From IMG/VR virus record IMGVR_UViG_2534681901_000004, positions 1-26,113 of that record: a stretch of 26,113 bases of DNA, one strand, 5' to 3'. The first letter of the stretch is position 1; every line of letters begins with the position of its first letter. This document shows positions 25,592 through 26,113 of this stretch, piece after piece. The notes under the pieces are model-generated. The model saw nothing but the letters and a program-made list of their open reading frames with translations, was not told the DNA's origin and ran no database searches. The position numbers and the translations under genes are program-made. This DNA comes from a virus.

Positions 25592-26076
25592 ATGCCTGTC
25601 ACGTTCACTACCGACCTGCCGGACGCGGAGGGACTCGACCTCGATGGCAGCGAGCCTGACGAGATCACTGCCCAGTGGACGCAAGTACTGAACAACGGCG
25701 AGTACCGCCTCGAGGTTCGCGAGAGCGACGCGAACGAGGCCTGGGGCGACTCCGGAACGGCGACGGTCGCCTACGACGCAACGCTCGAGCACACGTTCAC
25801 GGGGATCCTCGACGGTGAGAAGTTCGACGTCCGAATCCGAACCCAGACCGCCCACGTCACCGGCAGCTGGCTCACCGGCGAGGAGATCACGAACCTGCCG
25901 GCGCCGGACGGCCTCACGATCTCCAACGTCGGGGCGACGTCGCTGGACCTCTCGTGGATCGACAACGCAAACTTCCAGGGGAGCTACCAGATCCTCCGGA
26001 AGCGCACCGACTACGACTACGACGGCGGAGACGGCCGACTCGTGGGGACGGTCAGCGACACGGCCGAGAGCTATAC
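25592..26076 (+). CDS. Second FN3-repeat tail protein, 3'-truncated by the contig end
   Basis: Hand translation MPVTFTTDLPDAEGLDLDGSEPDEITAQWTQ...LPAPDGLTISNVGATSLDLSWIDNANFQGSYQILRK...; SD GGAGG at 25577-25581; no stop before the adapter, so it is missing from the ORF track. Confidence 0.9.
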
Positions 26077-26113
26077 CTGTCTCTTATACACATCTCTGAT
26101 GGCGCGAGGGAGG
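26077..26113 (+). other. Untrimmed Nextera (Tn5 mosaic end) sequencing adapter
   Basis: CTGTCTCTTATACACATCT at 26077-26095 followed by CTGATGGCGCGAGGGAGG, the reverse complement of the early Nextera transposome oligo GCCTCCCTCGCGCCATCAGAGATGTGTATAAGAGACAG. Confidence 0.98.

Larger units (their letters stand above)
1..26076 (+). mobile_element. Haloarchaeal tailed virus or provirus segment (siphovirus-type): replication, accessory, packaging, head and tail modules
   Basis: Canonical Caudoviricetes gene order (terS-terL-portal-gp7-protease-decoration-MCP-connectors-tail tube-chaperone-tape measure-adhesins), an archaeal MCM, D/E-rich proteins and high GC typical of Halobacteria. No tail sheath gene seen. 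No integrase or att site in the window, so free virus versus provirus cannot be decided. Confidence 0.95.

Noticed and set aside
23109-26076. Diversity-generating retroelement or invertible tail-fibre switch
   Set aside because: No reverse transcriptase, recombinase, template/variable repeat pair or inverted gene copy within the window.
26077-26095. Tn5/IS50 transposon end
   Set aside because: Followed directly by the synthetic Nextera tag at the contig terminus; no transposase.

Overview
A contiguous, all-plus-strand segment of a haloarchaeal tailed virus or provirus (Caudoviricetes, siphovirus-type tail; high GC, strongly acidic proteins). Left to right: two coiled-coil/wHTH-like genes; a palindrome- and repeat-rich intergenic region (candidate origin); an MCM helicase; small accessory genes including an AT-rich island (wHTH regulator plus an ~8-TM membrane protein); two small membrane genes (candidate lysis); terS, terL, portal, gp7-like head protein, protease/scaffold, decoration protein and HK97-fold major capsid protein; head-tail connectors; tail tube; a tail chaperone with a -1 frameshift site; tape measure; a distal-tail-like protein; and two FN3-repeat adhesin genes, the last cut by the contig end. 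The final 37 nt are Nextera adapter, not biology. Most notable: (1) the AT-rich membrane-protein moron, (2) an FN3 domain that appears split across two genes, (3) a cell-surface Ig-like domain inside the protease/scaffold, (4) a patchwork host-like/divergent MCM, (5) structured non-coding regions and a chain of ATGA-coupled micro-ORFs feeding terS. Family assignments come from motif recognition only; no searches were run.
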